Shown: piece after piece, positions 17,457 to 26,243 of the stretch
How the letters are laid out: every line of letters begins with the position of its first letter
Position numbering within the stretch: the first letter of the stretch is position 1
Origin: a bacterium
GTDB taxonomy: Bacteria; CG2-30-53-67; CG2-30-70-394
Assembly: GCA_024278555.1 (NCBI GenBank)
Contig: JAJRSX010000079.1
Span: forward strand, 1-53,147
Length of the DNA stretch: 53,147 nt
Reading direction: 5' to 3'
Translations under genes and position numbers: made by a program
Notes under the pieces: generated by a model
Told to the model about the DNA's origin: nothing
Database searches by the model: none
What the model saw: the letters and a program-made list of their open reading frames with translations, nothing else

Positions 17457-18872
17457 TCATTGCTCCGCGCCGAGAGCCTCCATCAGGGCGGCCGCTTTGT
17501 GGAGGGTCTCTTGGTATTCCCGCGCCGGGTTTGAGTCGGCGACGATGCCGCCGCCCACGTGGAAGAGGCAGCGGCCGCCGGTGACCACCACGGTGCGGAT
17601 GAGGATGCTCATGTCCATGGCGCCGCCGTCGCTGAAATAGGCCAGCGAGCCGGTGTAGGGGCCGCGGGTAAACGGCTCCAACTCGTCGAGGATCTCCATG
17701 CAGCGCACCTTGGGCACCCCGGTGATGGTGCCGCCGGGGAAGCAGGCGCGGACCACGTCGACCCGGTCGCGCTTCGGGTGCAAGCGGCCGCGGACGTTGG
17801 AGACCAGGTGGACCACGTGCGAGTAGGTCTCGCTCACTAGCAGCTCGTCCACCTCCACCGTGCCGTAGAGGCAGACGCGGCCGAGGTCGTTGCGGATCAG
17901 GTCGACCAGCATCAGGTGCTCTGCCCGCTCCTTTGGATCCGCCGACAGGGCGGCGGTGGTCGCCGCCAGGGCCGTGGCGCCAGCCGGGCGGGGAAAGGTC
18001 CCGGCGATCGGGCGGCTCTCCACCCCGCGGTGGTCGACGCTCACCAGCCGCTCGGGCGACGAGGAGACGACCGCGAAGTGGTCGCCGCGCAAAAAGCCGG
18101 CGAAGGGGGCCGGGTTGATCTCCCGCAGCCGCCGGTAGAGGGACCACGGCTCCCCCTCGGCCACCTCCGCGGCGAAGCGGTGGGCGAGGTTCGCCTGGAA
18201 GATGTCGCCGGCGCGGATGTAGTCGAGGACCCGCGCCACCCGTTGCTGGTAGGCCTCCCGCTTCCAGTGGGAGCGGGGCGGGGCGGCGAGGGCGAAGGGG
18301 GGCGCGGGGGCGGCCGCCGGCGGCGGGTCGGCGAGACGGGCGGCGGTCTCGGCCACCCAGCAATCGCCGCCGTCACCCCGGGCCATCACCCACATGGCCC
18401 CGTCGAGGTGGTCCACGACCACGCACCGGTCGGCGACCAGGAGGTAGAGGTCGGGGAGGTGGGTGTCGTCCACGGTGGTGGCGGGGAGCCGCTCCCAGTG
18501 GCGGACCAGCTCGTAGCCGAGGAGCCCCACCACGCCGCACTGGAAGGGCGGCAGCCCCGCCACCGCGGGCCGCGCCCGCTCGCGCAGGAGGCGGCGCAGG
18601 AGGTGGAGGGGGTCGCCCGCCAGGGGCCGGGCCACCTCGACGCCGACCTCCGCGAAGGTGATTGACCCGCCCGCGGCCACGACCACCGCGCTCGCCGCCC
18701 CCACGACGATCGAGTAGCGGCCGGTGTGCGGGGCCTGGACACCGCTCTCCAGGAGGCAGGCGGGGCCGGTCTCCGCGAGCGTCTCGAAGAGGGTGGCCGG
18801 GTCCCACCTCCCCTGGGCCACGCGGGCCACGTGGAGGTCGCCGTGGGTGGTGGCGGCGAGGGCGGCGGACAT
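17457..18872 (-). CDS. Chorismate-binding enzyme: aminodeoxychorismate/anthranilate synthase component I
   Basis: LLESG, GDIFQAN, SSSPE, PIAGT, KERAEHLMLVDLIRNDLG, GGTITGVPK, GGGIVADS. Confidence 0.92.
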   Translation of the reverse strand: MSAALAATTHGDLHVARVAQGRWDPATLFETLAETGPACLLESGVQAPHTGRYSIVVGAASAVVVAAGGSITFAEVGVEVARPLAGDPLHLLRRLLRERARPAVAGLPPFQCGVVGLLGYELVRHWERLPATTVDDTHLPDLYLLVADRCVVVDHLDGAMWVMARGDGGDCWVAETAARLADPPPAAAPAPPFALAAPPRSHWKREAYQQRVARVLDYIRAGDIFQANLAHRFAAEVAEGEPWSLYRRLREINPAPFAGFLRGDHFAVVSSSPERLVSVDHRGVESRPIAGTFPRPAGATALAATTAALSADPKERAEHLMLVDLIRNDLGRVCLYGTVEVDELLVSETYSHVVHLVSNVRGRLHPKRDRVDVVRACFPGGTITGVPKVRCMEILDELEPFTRGPYTGSLAYFSDGGAMDMSILIRTVVVTGGRCLFHVGGGIVADSNPAREYQETLHKAAALMEALGAEQ

Positions 18873-18895
18873 GGCGGCGGGGCCGCGGCGCGCGG

Positions 18896-19231
18896 CTACT
18901 CCGGGTTGCCCGACTTGCGCCGGGGCCACAGGGCGTCCACCACCCCCACGACCCAGGCGGCGACCAGGAGGAGGGTGCCGCCGCGCAGGGGAGCACCCGC
19001 CTCCTCGGCGAGTTGCCGCCCGGCGGCGCGCAGCTCGTCCGGGGTGAACGGCGTGGTCAGGGAGAGGTGGGAGGCGGCGGTGGCCGCGGCCACCGCGGTG
19101 ACGATCAGGGCGATGGTGGTAGCGACGATCAGGCCGCCGCCGAGGCGCCTGCGGCCGAGGTAAAGCTGCCCCACGCCGGGGAGGACGGTGGCGGAGAGGA
19201 GGGCCGCGACCACGGGGTTTCGTTGCGCCAT
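18896..19231 (-). CDS. Small membrane protein (PGxGQxY motif)
   Basis: AALLSATVLPGVGQLYLG plus further hydrophobic segments. Confidence 0.65.
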   Translation of the reverse strand: MAQRNPVVAALLSATVLPGVGQLYLGRRRLGGGLIVATTIALIVTAVAAATAASHLSLTTPFTPDELRAAGRQLAEEAGAPLRGGTLLLVAAWVVGVVDALWPRRKSGNPE

Positions 19232-19237
19232 GGGGAC

Positions 19238-19267
19238 AAAAAAGGGGCCGACAGCCGCCGGCCCCTG
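19238..19267 (-). terminator. Terminator after tRNA
   Basis: AGGGGCCG/CGGCCCCT hairpin followed by T6 on minus strand. Confidence 0.7.
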
Positions 19268-19276
19268 GGATCGTTT

Positions 19277-19352
19277 TGGTGGAGGATAGCGGGATCGAAC
19301 CGCTGACCTCGGCATTGCGAACGCCGCGCTCTCCCAGCTGAGCTAATCCCCC
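19277..19352 (-). tRNA. tRNA-Ala(CGC)
   Basis: GGGGGATTAGCTCAGCTGGGAGAGCGCGGCGTTCGCAATGCCGAGGTCAGCGGTTCGATCCCGCTATCCTCCACCA; 76 nt, anticodon CGC, encoded CCA. Confidence 0.97.
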
Positions 19353-19481
19353 AAAAAAGGAGCGGGAAGGATCGCGCCGGACGGCCGGAGCCGTCAAGAT
19401 CGCCCCCACCCCACCGTCGTCGGTTGCGGGCCTCGCGCGGAGGCGCGGAGAGGTTGGAGGGGTGGGCAGGCGTCGTCGGAG

Positions 19482-19840
19482 CTGCAACGCGGTGGGGTGG
19501 TGGCCCGGAAGGCCAATCCACAGATCGAGCCGCAAATCGGGCGCGAATGGACGCGAATGATGGGCGCCTCCAGTCTGACGTCACGAGTGAGGACGATCGG
19601 CGCGCAACGGCTCGGAAAGCGATTTGTGGCCACGGAATCCACGGAAGCACACGGAAGTAGGGGCCTCCCGTTGGGGTGAGCGAGCAACCCGGACCCCGTT
19701 CCTGCTCGAACCATGGCAGGCGCCACCCCGTTCTCTTGCCCCCGCCGCGCGTTCTCGCCCCTTCCGTGTGCTTCCGTGGATTCCGTGGCCAATTCCCTGC
19801 CGGGCGGCATGGGACCCGGGGGCGACTCGATTGCCGTCAG
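19482..19840 (-). repeat. Non-coding composite repeat, copy 3
   Basis: Perfect arms 19629-19657 and 19761-19789 around a 103-bp core; flanks are reverse complements of A and B. Confidence 0.85.
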
Positions 19841-19988
19841 GGGTGGAGCCATGTGGTTGTGAGATCAGCACCGTGGCGGTGGTGGGAAAATCTGAGGCGA
19901 TGCTCTGGGCCTCTCTCGCGCGGCCGGCCTTCGGGTGCGAGACTGGCGCGGCTCGCGACGGGCTGTCTGCCAGAGGAGAATCGTGGCC

Positions 19989-20384
19989 ATGCCTCCCCTT
20001 ACCACCGGTGCCCTGGCCAAGGCGGCCGGGGTCCACGTCGAGACCCTCCGCTACTACGAGCGGCGCGGCCTGCTGCCGGTGCCGCCGCGGCGGGCGTCGG
20101 GCTACCGCGACTACCCGGAAGAGGCGGTGGGGCTGGTGCGCTTCATCAAGCGGGCCCAGGGGCTCGGCTTCACCCTGGAGGAGATCCGCGAGCTGCTGTG
20201 GCTACGCGAAGGCGAGGATTGCCACACGGTGCGCCGCCTGGCGGAGCGCAAGCTCGCCGATGTGGCGGGGCGGCTGCGCGACCTGCGCCGCCTCCAGGGT
20301 GCCCTCAAGGGGCTGGTCAAGCAGTGCGCCGCCGAGGGGGGCCCCGGTCACTGTCCGATCGTCGAGAGCCTCGATCGCGACTGA
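19989..20384 (+). CDS. merR: Hg(II)-responsive MerR-type regulator
   Basis: VETLRYYERRGLL HTH, FIKRAQGLGFTLEEI, three Cys (DC, QC, HCPI); upstream of merTP. Confidence 0.85.
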   Translation: MPPLTTGALAKAAGVHVETLRYYERRGLLPVPPRRASGYRDYPEEAVGLVRFIKRAQGLGFTLEEIRELLWLREGEDCHTVRRLAERKLADVAGRLRDLRRLQGALKGLVKQCAAEGGPGHCPIVESLDRD

Positions 20385-20663
20385 GCCGTGGCGCCCCTTC
20401 CCGGGGCGCTGCTCTTCGGCCTCCTGTGGCCGGCCTTCGGCCCGCCTACCGCCTTTCTCTATGCCGCCACCCTCACCGCCGCCACCACCGCGATCCGCGG
20501 CCGATGGCCGCGGCAGGCCCGCAGGGCCTGAATCGCCGATGGAATCGGCTCCTACCGCCCAGCCAGCATCTCCGGCCATTTGCATGCCCTCGCGACGATC
20601 CCTGGTGAGAAATCCGGTCCAAAGTCCGACAGGCTCCTACCCAAGGGTTCGCAAAAAAGACGC

Positions 20664-20695
20664 TTGACTCCGTACCCAAGTACGGGATGTAGGCT
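20664..20695 (+). promoter_or_regulatory. MerR operator/promoter of merT
   Basis: TTGACT-CCGTACCCAAGTACGGGATG-TAGGCT, dyad CCGTAC/GTACGG, 20-bp spacer. Confidence 0.9.
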
Positions 20696-20729
20696 GTGGT
20701 CAACCATCCACTCCACTGGAGAACTGATC

Positions 20730-21092
20730 ATGACCGAAGCCCCCCCTCACCCCCCCAACAACCGCTCCCTCTGGGTGGCGGGGATCGCCGCCATCGGCGC
20801 CTCGGCCTGCTGCGTCGGCCCCCTGGTGCTCCTCGCCCTCGGGATCAGCGGCGGCTGGATCGCCACCCTCACCGCCCTGGAGCCGTACCGGCCGATCTTC
20901 GTCGGGGTGACCCTGCTCGTCCTGGGGCTCGCCTTCCGCCGCCTCTACCTGGTGCCCGAGCGGTGCGCGCCGGGCACCGCCTGCGCCGTGCCACAGACCC
21001 GGCGCAACCAGCGGCTGATCTTCTGGGTGGTGGCCGCGGCCTTGATCGGGCTGCTCGCCTTCCCCTGGTACGCCCCCCTCTTTCTCGCCTGA
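20730..21092 (+). CDS. merT: Mercuric transport protein MerT
   Basis: ASACCVGPLVL, LEPYRPIF, CAPGTAC, FPWYAP. Confidence 0.93.
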   Translation: MTEAPPHPPNNRSLWVAGIAAIGASACCVGPLVLLALGISGGWIATLTALEPYRPIFVGVTLLVLGLAFRRLYLVPERCAPGTACAVPQTRRNQRLIFWVVAAALIGLLAFPWYAPLFLA

Positions 21093-21117
21093 TCCCCCCG
21101 CTCAAAGGAGCACCACC

Positions 21118-21417
21118 ATGCGACCGATCCTCTCCCTCCTGCTCGCCGCCTCCCTCCTCGCCGCCACCGCCCCGCCCGCGGCCGCCACCGGCGACCCCGA
21201 CCTCCAGACTACCACCCTGGCGGTGGAGAACATGACCTGCTCCATGTGCCGGATCACCGTGGGCAAGGCCCTGAAGCGGGTCGACGGGGTGGTCGACGCC
21301 CAGGTCGACGTGGAGAAAAAGAGCGCCACCGTGCGCTTCGACCCCGCCAAGACCGACGTCACCGCCCTCACCCGGGCGACCACCCAGGCCGGTTACCCGT
21401 CGACCCCCAAGAAATGA
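21118..21417 (+). CDS. merP: Periplasmic mercury-binding protein MerP
   Basis: Signal peptide, MTCSMC HMA motif, AGYPS end; follows merT. Confidence 0.88.
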   Translation: MRPILSLLLAASLLAATAPPAAATGDPDLQTTTLAVENMTCSMCRITVGKALKRVDGVVDAQVDVEKKSATVRFDPAKTDVTALTRATTQAGYPSTPKK

Positions 21418-21439
21418 CTCCCGTCCCGAGGCCACCCGC

Positions 21440-21643
21440 ATGAAAATCCGCAGCCTGTTACCGCTCGTCGCTCTCACCCTCGCTGTGGCGACCCTTGCGG
21501 CCACCACGCTGCCGGCCGAGGCCGGCGGCGAGCGGATCCTCTTCCACCTCAAGATCGGCCTGAAGCAAGACGACGCCCAACTCTGTGTCGCCTACAACGA
21601 GATCTGGGCGGCCCTTGACTCCGTACCTTGGTACGGGGTGTAG
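21440..21643 (+). pseudogene. 5' remnant of secreted DsrE-like protein truncated by a MerR promoter
   Basis: Signal peptide + ILFHLKIG...LCVAYNEIWAAL, then frame runs into the promoter sequence and stops. Confidence 0.55.
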
Positions 21644-21646
21644 CCT
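21615..21646 (+). promoter_or_regulatory. MerR operator/promoter
   Basis: TTGACT-CCGTACCTTGGTACGGGGTG-TAGCCT, 20-bp spacer. Confidence 0.88.
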
Positions 21647-21707
21647 GATCTCCGGTGGATCAATCAGACCCCTCACGTAACTCCATATCCCCGAGGGAAG
21701 GCACCCC

Positions 21708-22181
21708 ATGAGCGATCACGACTGCTGCGCCGCCGAGACGGCGGCCGCCCCCACCAAGCCCCCCTGCCCCGCCTGCGGCCGCACCGGCAAGCGGGTGCCC
21801 GAGGAGACCCCCGCCGCCCTGGTTCGGCCGGAGGAGGGGGCCCGGGTGCGGCCGGGGGTCCGCTACCGCCTCTGCGTGACGCCGGGCTGTGGGGTCGCCT
21901 ACTACCCCGACGCGGGGGAGGCACCTCCCATCCCGGCGAGCGCCCTGCGGGTTCCGGTGGGCCAGAAGGGGATGGGGGAGCCACGGCCGCTCTGCTACTG
22001 CTTCGGCTTCAGCGAGCAGGACGTCCGCGACCGTCTCGCCTGCGGCGGCGAGGCCGTCTCCGCCGAGGTGAAGCGCAAGATGAAAGACCCCGGCTGCGCC
22101 TGCCCCACCGAGAACCCATCGGGGAGCTGTTGTCTGGGCGGCATCCGCGCCGCCGAAAAGCGGCTCACCGCGGTGGTCTGA
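21708..22181 (+). CDS. Cys-rich metallochaperone (CopZ N-terminal Zn/[2Fe-2S] type)
   Basis: CPACG, CVTPGCGVAYY, LCYCFG, CACPTENPSGSCCLG. Confidence 0.8.
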   Translation: MSDHDCCAAETAAAPTKPPCPACGRTGKRVPEETPAALVRPEEGARVRPGVRYRLCVTPGCGVAYYPDAGEAPPIPASALRVPVGQKGMGEPRPLCYCFGFSEQDVRDRLACGGEAVSAEVKRKMKDPGCACPTENPSGSCCLGGIRAAEKRLTAVV

Positions 22182-22406
22182 TCGGCGCCTTGGCGATGAT
22201 CCCAGGCGTCGGTGCGGTTCTCCCGCCGGTGGTGGCCCGCCCGGCCTGTGGGCCCTAAGGACGCCTCTCTTCACGACGATCGCCAAAGTCCGACGGGCTC
22301 CTGGGTTCTAACTTCGGAAAGCGCAGCTCTGCCGGTAGAAGGTTGGCGCATGGCGTGCGAAATATATATCGTAGACAGAATATAATCGCCGTTGTAGTGT
22401 TGATTT

Positions 22407-22721
22407 ATGGATCTTCAGGACAAGGTGCAGCTCCTGCGGGTGGTCGCCCATCCCACGCGGCTCAAGATCATCGAGCGGCTGGCGGCGGAGGGCGAGCCGC
22501 TCTGTGTCTCCGACCTGGAGCCCGACCTCGGCGTCCCGCAGCCGAACGTCTCCCAGCATTTGGCGGTGCTACGCAAGGCGGGAGTGGTGGACTTTTATGT
22601 GGACGGTCGGTTGCGTTGCTACTTTTTGAAGGATCCGCGGGTCGCGCGCCTCCTCGCGCTCCTTGACGAGGCGGTGGAGGAGGAGCCGGTCCCGCCCACC
22701 TGCTGTTCGGCGAAGGGGTAG
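22407..22721 (+). CDS. ArsR/SmtB family regulator
   Basis: AHPTRLKII, LCVSDL, QPNVSQHLAVLRKAG, C-terminal CC. Confidence 0.9.
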   Translation: MDLQDKVQLLRVVAHPTRLKIIERLAAEGEPLCVSDLEPDLGVPQPNVSQHLAVLRKAGVVDFYVDGRLRCYFLKDPRVARLLALLDEAVEEEPVPPTCCSAKG

Positions 22722-22754
22722 GGGAATGTGTCACCTTTTTCACAGGAGGTAGCC

Positions 22755-22988
22755 ATGAAGATCGATCTCCCCGATGTCCTCGTTCACCTCGACGAGACCC
22801 TCGACCACGACCACCTGGCGGCTATCGAGACCAATCTCCGGCAGGATCCCGGTGTGGTCTCCGTCGCCTTTCACGACGAGAGGCCGCACATGATGGTGGT
22901 GGCGTACGATCCGCAGGCAACCACGGAGGGGGCGATCCTCGAGCGGGTCACCGCCGAGGGTGTTCACGCGGAGCTCGCGGGGCTGTAG
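22755..22988 (+). CDS. His-rich HMA-like small protein lacking CxxC
   Basis: AGGAGG RBS, ferredoxin-like pattern GVVSV...VVAYDP. Confidence 0.7.
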   Translation: MKIDLPDVLVHLDETLDHDHLAAIETNLRQDPGVVSVAFHDERPHMMVVAYDPQATTEGAILERVTAEGVHAELAGL

Positions 22989-23119
22989 GGGGCTGTCGGA
23001 CCCCCTTTACAATTCAGCGCCCCTGCTCCTCGCCATCTTCGCCGCAGGGGCGCGGTAGGAGCCATCCCGCTTCACGCTCCTTCCCTCCATCGGCCGCCTC
23101 GGCACCCCTCTGCCTTCCG

Positions 23120-23353
23120 TGGACAGATCCCAACCAGGTGTGTGTTCGCTGCCATGTGGTGAGCGGCGAGCGGAGGAACACCTTCTTCCGTTTCCCGCCG
23201 TGCGGCACGGTGGCCGAGATCCAGGCCAGTGGCCAACTCGCTGATCGCGTCGGCTGCCACATGCCGGAGGTCCGCCGGCCGCTGGTGGAAGGCGGGCAGG
23301 TACGCCCTGGCCACCTCCACCTGTGGCGCGGCGGCCACGACCCCGACACCGTA
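23120..23353 (+). pseudogene. Internal fragment of a multiheme c-type cytochrome
   Basis: PNQVCVRCH, degenerate RVGCHMP (C to R), HLWRGGHDP; no start or RBS. Confidence 0.65.
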
Positions 23354-23379
23354 CACCCGGTAGGTGGGTACAGAGTCAA
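23348..23379 (-). promoter_or_regulatory. Orphan MerR-family promoter (divergent)
   Basis: Minus strand TTGACT-CTGTACCCACCTACCGGGTG-TACGGT, 20-bp spacer. Confidence 0.65.
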
Positions 23380-23488
23380 GGGAACGCCGGTAGGTATGTA
23401 GACAGGGGGGAGACCCGTTGGAGATCGGGTGTCGCCGGTGGCCCCGTTTTTTCCACCCCCACCTTTTTTCGCGCAGCGAAAAAAGCCC

Positions 23489-23520
23489 TTGACTCTATAC
23501 TTTACTACAGACTGTAGGCT
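23489..23520 (+). promoter_or_regulatory. MerR-family promoter upstream of second MerR gene
   Basis: TTGACT-CTATACTTTACTACAGACTG-TAGGCT, 20-bp spacer. Confidence 0.75.
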
Positions 23521-23543
23521 TGCTCTCGAACCAAGAGGTCGCC

Positions 23544-23975
23544 ATGGAATCGTTCACCATCGGTCAGGTCGCCCGGCGCGCGGAGGTTGGCGTGCAGACG
23601 ATCCGCTACTACGAACGGGAGGGGCTGCTCCCGGAGCCCGCCCGGCGTCCCTCGGGCTACCGCGTGTACCCCGAGGGGGTGGTGCGCCGCCTCCTCTTCA
23701 TCCGCCGTGCCAAGGAACTGGGCTTCTCCCTGCGGGAGATCAAGGAGCTTCTCGCCCTGCGGGTCGACCCGGGCTGCACCTGCGGTGAGATCAAGGCGAG
23801 GGCGCTGGCGAAGGTCGACGATGTCGACCGCAAGATTGCCTCTCTCCAGTGCATCCGTGGTGCCCTCCTCGACCTGGCCGACGCCTGCCCCGGGGGCAAC
23901 GCCACCACCGATTGCCCCATCCTTGATGCCCTCGATGGCACCAAAGGAGAACACCATGCAGAAGCGAACCGTTGA
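23544..23975 (+). CDS. MerR-family heavy-metal-responsive regulator
   Basis: FTIGQVA...TIRYYEREGLL, FIRRAKELGFSL, CTC and C-x8-CPIL. Confidence 0.9.
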   Translation: MESFTIGQVARRAEVGVQTIRYYEREGLLPEPARRPSGYRVYPEGVVRRLLFIRRAKELGFSLREIKELLALRVDPGCTCGEIKARALAKVDDVDRKIASLQCIRGALLDLADACPGGNATTDCPILDALDGTKGEHHAEANR

Positions 23976-24231
23976 AGTCTTCACCGCCGGATGTCACCTG
24001 TGCGACGACGCCGTCACCCTGGTAAAGGAGATGGCGTGCCCGAGCTGTGAGGTGGTGGTCCACGACCTCGCCAAGGGGTGTGAGAGCGACGACTGTCGGG
24101 AGCAGGCGCGGCGGTACGGGGTCACCACCGTCCCGGCGGTGGTCGTGGACGGCGCCCTCGCCGCCTGCTGCCGGGGCGGTGGCGTCGATCGGGATGGGCT
24201 CACCGCCGCCGGGGTGGGAGTGGCGCGGTGA
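23956..24231 (+). CDS. Cys-rich thioredoxin/glutaredoxin-like protein
   Basis: AGGAG RBS; VEVFTAGCHLC, CPSC, VPAVVVDG, ACC. Confidence 0.82.
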   Translation: MQKRTVEVFTAGCHLCDDAVTLVKEMACPSCEVVVHDLAKGCESDDCREQARRYGVTTVPAVVVDGALAACCRGGGVDRDGLTAAGVGVAR

Positions 24232-24309
24232 TTCGGCCTTCGTTTGGATGTCCGCGATCGGCCGTGGGCGCGTCACGGTCCGGACCGGCCGGCCGCCTCC
24301 TCGCCCGAG

Positions 24310-24392
24310 GCGGGAGCGGGTCGTATCCGCGGTCCGCGCCGGCGGCGCGGCCTCCCCTTCGGGCCGGAATCGGGGGTGCAACCCCCTCCTAC
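24310..24392. repeat. REP doublet homologous to 87-169
   Basis: Colinear with 87-169 including identical TCGGGGGTGCAACCCCCTCCTAC. Confidence 0.75.
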
Positions 24393-24412
24393 CCTATTTC
24401 AAGGAGCTCCCC

Positions 24413-24646
24413 ATGAAGGTCCTCGTCCTCCTTGCCCTCCTCCTCACCGCGCTTCCCGCCCTCGCTGGCGAGGTGCACGTCCAGGTGAACGGCCTCGCCT
24501 GCCCCTTCTGTGCCTACGGCCTGGAGAAGAAGCTGAAGCCCTTGGCCGGCGTGGCGGGGGTGCAGGTGCCGGTGGTGCAGAACCTGAACGGCTACAGCCT
24601 GGAGTCAGACTATGTAGTCACCGTGGGCGCACGGTGGCAGCACTAA
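24413..24646 (+). pseudogene. Chimeric ORF: truncated periplasmic HMA domain fused to a beta-barrel-like C-terminus
   Basis: Signal + GLACPFCAYGLEKKL, domain breaks at GVQV; then PVVQNLNG...VTVGARWQH. Confidence 0.55.
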
Positions 24647-24783
24647 CTCGCCGCGGCGATGGTCACCTCCACCGGGCTGCGGAGGATGTCGAGGACCGGC
24701 GAGGTCTTTTTCACCTGGGCCCAGAGGGCATCGAGCTGGTCGACGTTGACGCCGTTGAGCGTGGTTTCGATGCCCATGGTCAT
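24643..24783 (-). pseudogene. Internally deleted OsmC-like gene (46 aa)
   Basis: GGAGG RBS; N-terminal LNGVNVDQL joined directly to C-terminal VKKTSPVLDILRSPVEVTI. Confidence 0.55.
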
Positions 24784-24845
24784 GCCTCCGGTGGGAGTGG
24801 ATGTCGGGGGTACTGCGGTGTCTACTGCCACTATTGGATACCAAA

Positions 24846-25874
24846 CTAGTGTTTTGTGTTCCCGGAGATAGAGGCAGCAGTCGAGGGCTCGCTCGTCGCC
24901 ACCGGTAGCCCCTCTCGGCACCACGCGCGCATGCCGCCACGCACCAGGATGGGTGCCTGGAAACCGGCGGCGCGCAGCCGCCGCACCGCCACGGTGGAGC
25001 GCTTGTCGGTGCGACAAACCACGGCGACGGTACGATCGCGCCACCCTTCCAGCTTTCCGAGGTGGCTCTCCAGCTCCCCGAGGGGGGGGTTGCAGGCGCC
25101 CAGGATGTGACAGGTGACGTAGTCTTTGGGATCGCGTACGTCGAGCACCAGGTCCACCTCGCCCAGCGTAAGCCCCTCCTCAAGGGTGGTGGCGGTGAGC
25201 TCACCCGCCGTTGGGTCGCCACCACGCAGCCGTCGCACCAGGCGCGGAAGCAGGGCTACCGCCGCCAGCGCCCCGAGGGCGAGGAGCCCCTTGCGGATCG
25301 CCCCCTCGCCGCCCGCCGCCGCCGCCCGCCCCGCGTACCCCAGGTAGGTGTAGGCGGCCGCCGCCGGCGCCATGCACACGGCGGTGGCGAGGCAGTAGGC
25401 ACGCAGGGGGATGCGGGTGAGACCGAAGGCGTAGTTCAGGAGGTTGAAGGGGAAGAGCGGCACCAGGCGGACGAAGGCGACGAAGCGCCACCCCTCCCCC
25501 TCGACGCCGGCCACGAGTCGCTGCAGGCGCGGGCCGCTCTTGCGTGCCACCCAGTCGCCGGCGAGGTGGCGTGCCAGCAGAAAGGCGAGGGTGGCGCCGA
25601 GGGTGGCGCCGGTGAGGTTCCACACCGTCCCCCACAGCGGCCCGAAGAGGGCACCGCCGGCGAGGGTGAGGAGGGTGCCGGGGAGAAAGAGGAGGGAAGC
25701 CCCGGCGTAGAGGAGAATGAAGAGGAGAGGCGCCGCCGGTCCCAGACCCGCGAGCCACGCCCGCACCGCATCGGGGTCGATCCGGTCGCGGTAGGCGGCT
25801 GCCACCGCGATCGCCACAAGCAGCGCGGCCGCCATCGGCCAGCGGCGGAGTTTGAGTGGCGCCGGGGGCCTCAT
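24846..25874 (-). CDS. VTT/DedA (TVP38) membrane domain fused to rhodanese
   Basis: GGALFGPLWG, FVRLVPLFPFNLLNY; LDVRDP, HILGA, VCRTDKRS, GGMRAW. Confidence 0.88.
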   Translation of the reverse strand: MRPPAPLKLRRWPMAAALLVAIAVAAAYRDRIDPDAVRAWLAGLGPAAPLLFILLYAGASLLFLPGTLLTLAGGALFGPLWGTVWNLTGATLGATLAFLLARHLAGDWVARKSGPRLQRLVAGVEGEGWRFVAFVRLVPLFPFNLLNYAFGLTRIPLRAYCLATAVCMAPAAAAYTYLGYAGRAAAAGGEGAIRKGLLALGALAAVALLPRLVRRLRGGDPTAGELTATTLEEGLTLGEVDLVLDVRDPKDYVTCHILGACNPPLGELESHLGKLEGWRDRTVAVVCRTDKRSTVAVRRLRAAGFQAPILVRGGMRAWCREGLPVATSEPSTAASISGNTKH

Positions 25875-26105
25875 CGCGGCCACCCCCAGCCGCGTCCACG
25901 GGGGGCAAAGGTGTCGTATGCAGGAGGCATAATATGCAACGATACTAATATATCGGCGTGGCAACACGTCAACCGCCACGAAACGGCGGGGTCACGCGAC
26001 GCGGTGATCGACCAACCCGACCCGCAGTTCTCACCGGAGGTCTGCTGCGAGCGTGTATCTCCCCGAATCTGCCGGCTGCATCCTCGTCCGAGTCCTCGGC
26101 GACGT

Positions 26106-26128
26106 GTAGGAGCGAGTTGTACTCGCGA
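26106..26128 (+). repeat. Single GTAG REP
   Basis: GTAGGAGCGAGTTGTACTCGCGA, compensatory variant of the REP at 87. Confidence 0.7.
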
Positions 26129-26177
26129 CCACGCGGCTTCGGCCGCGGGACGAAGATCCGGATGGGGGAGATAGGGA

Positions 26178-26205
26178 TTGAACTCGTCATAAACAAAGCT
26201 ATGAT
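26178..26205 (+). promoter_or_regulatory. sigma70-like promoter overlapping a TCATA-N8-TATGA dyad
   Basis: TTGAAC-16 bp-TATGAT upstream of AGGAGG RBS. Confidence 0.45.
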
Positions 26206-26243
26206 GTCATGAATGTTGTCAACCCTAGAAGGAGGAGACACCC

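Noticed and set aside
19277-19352. tRNA-Ala as integration site of the metal island
   Set aside because: Island is on the tRNA 5' side, no duplicated 3' end was seen and there is no integrase
18873-19535. 220-aa N-terminal extension of the PabB/TrpE-like ORF
   Set aside because: Overlaps tRNA-Ala, a membrane-protein gene and a repeat; true start is near 18872
1644-19789. CRISPR array from the 29-bp repeats
   Set aside because: Repeats are inverted and dispersed around a conserved core; no spacers or cas genes
21090-24231. Sec readthrough at other TGA stops (merT, chaperone, thioredoxin-like)
   Set aside because: Proteins are complete at those stops; no Cys-equivalent position or convincing SECIS
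24589-24621. Fifth MerR-type promoter on the minus strand
   Set aside because: GTGACT with 21-bp spacer and weak dyad; better explained as coding remnant
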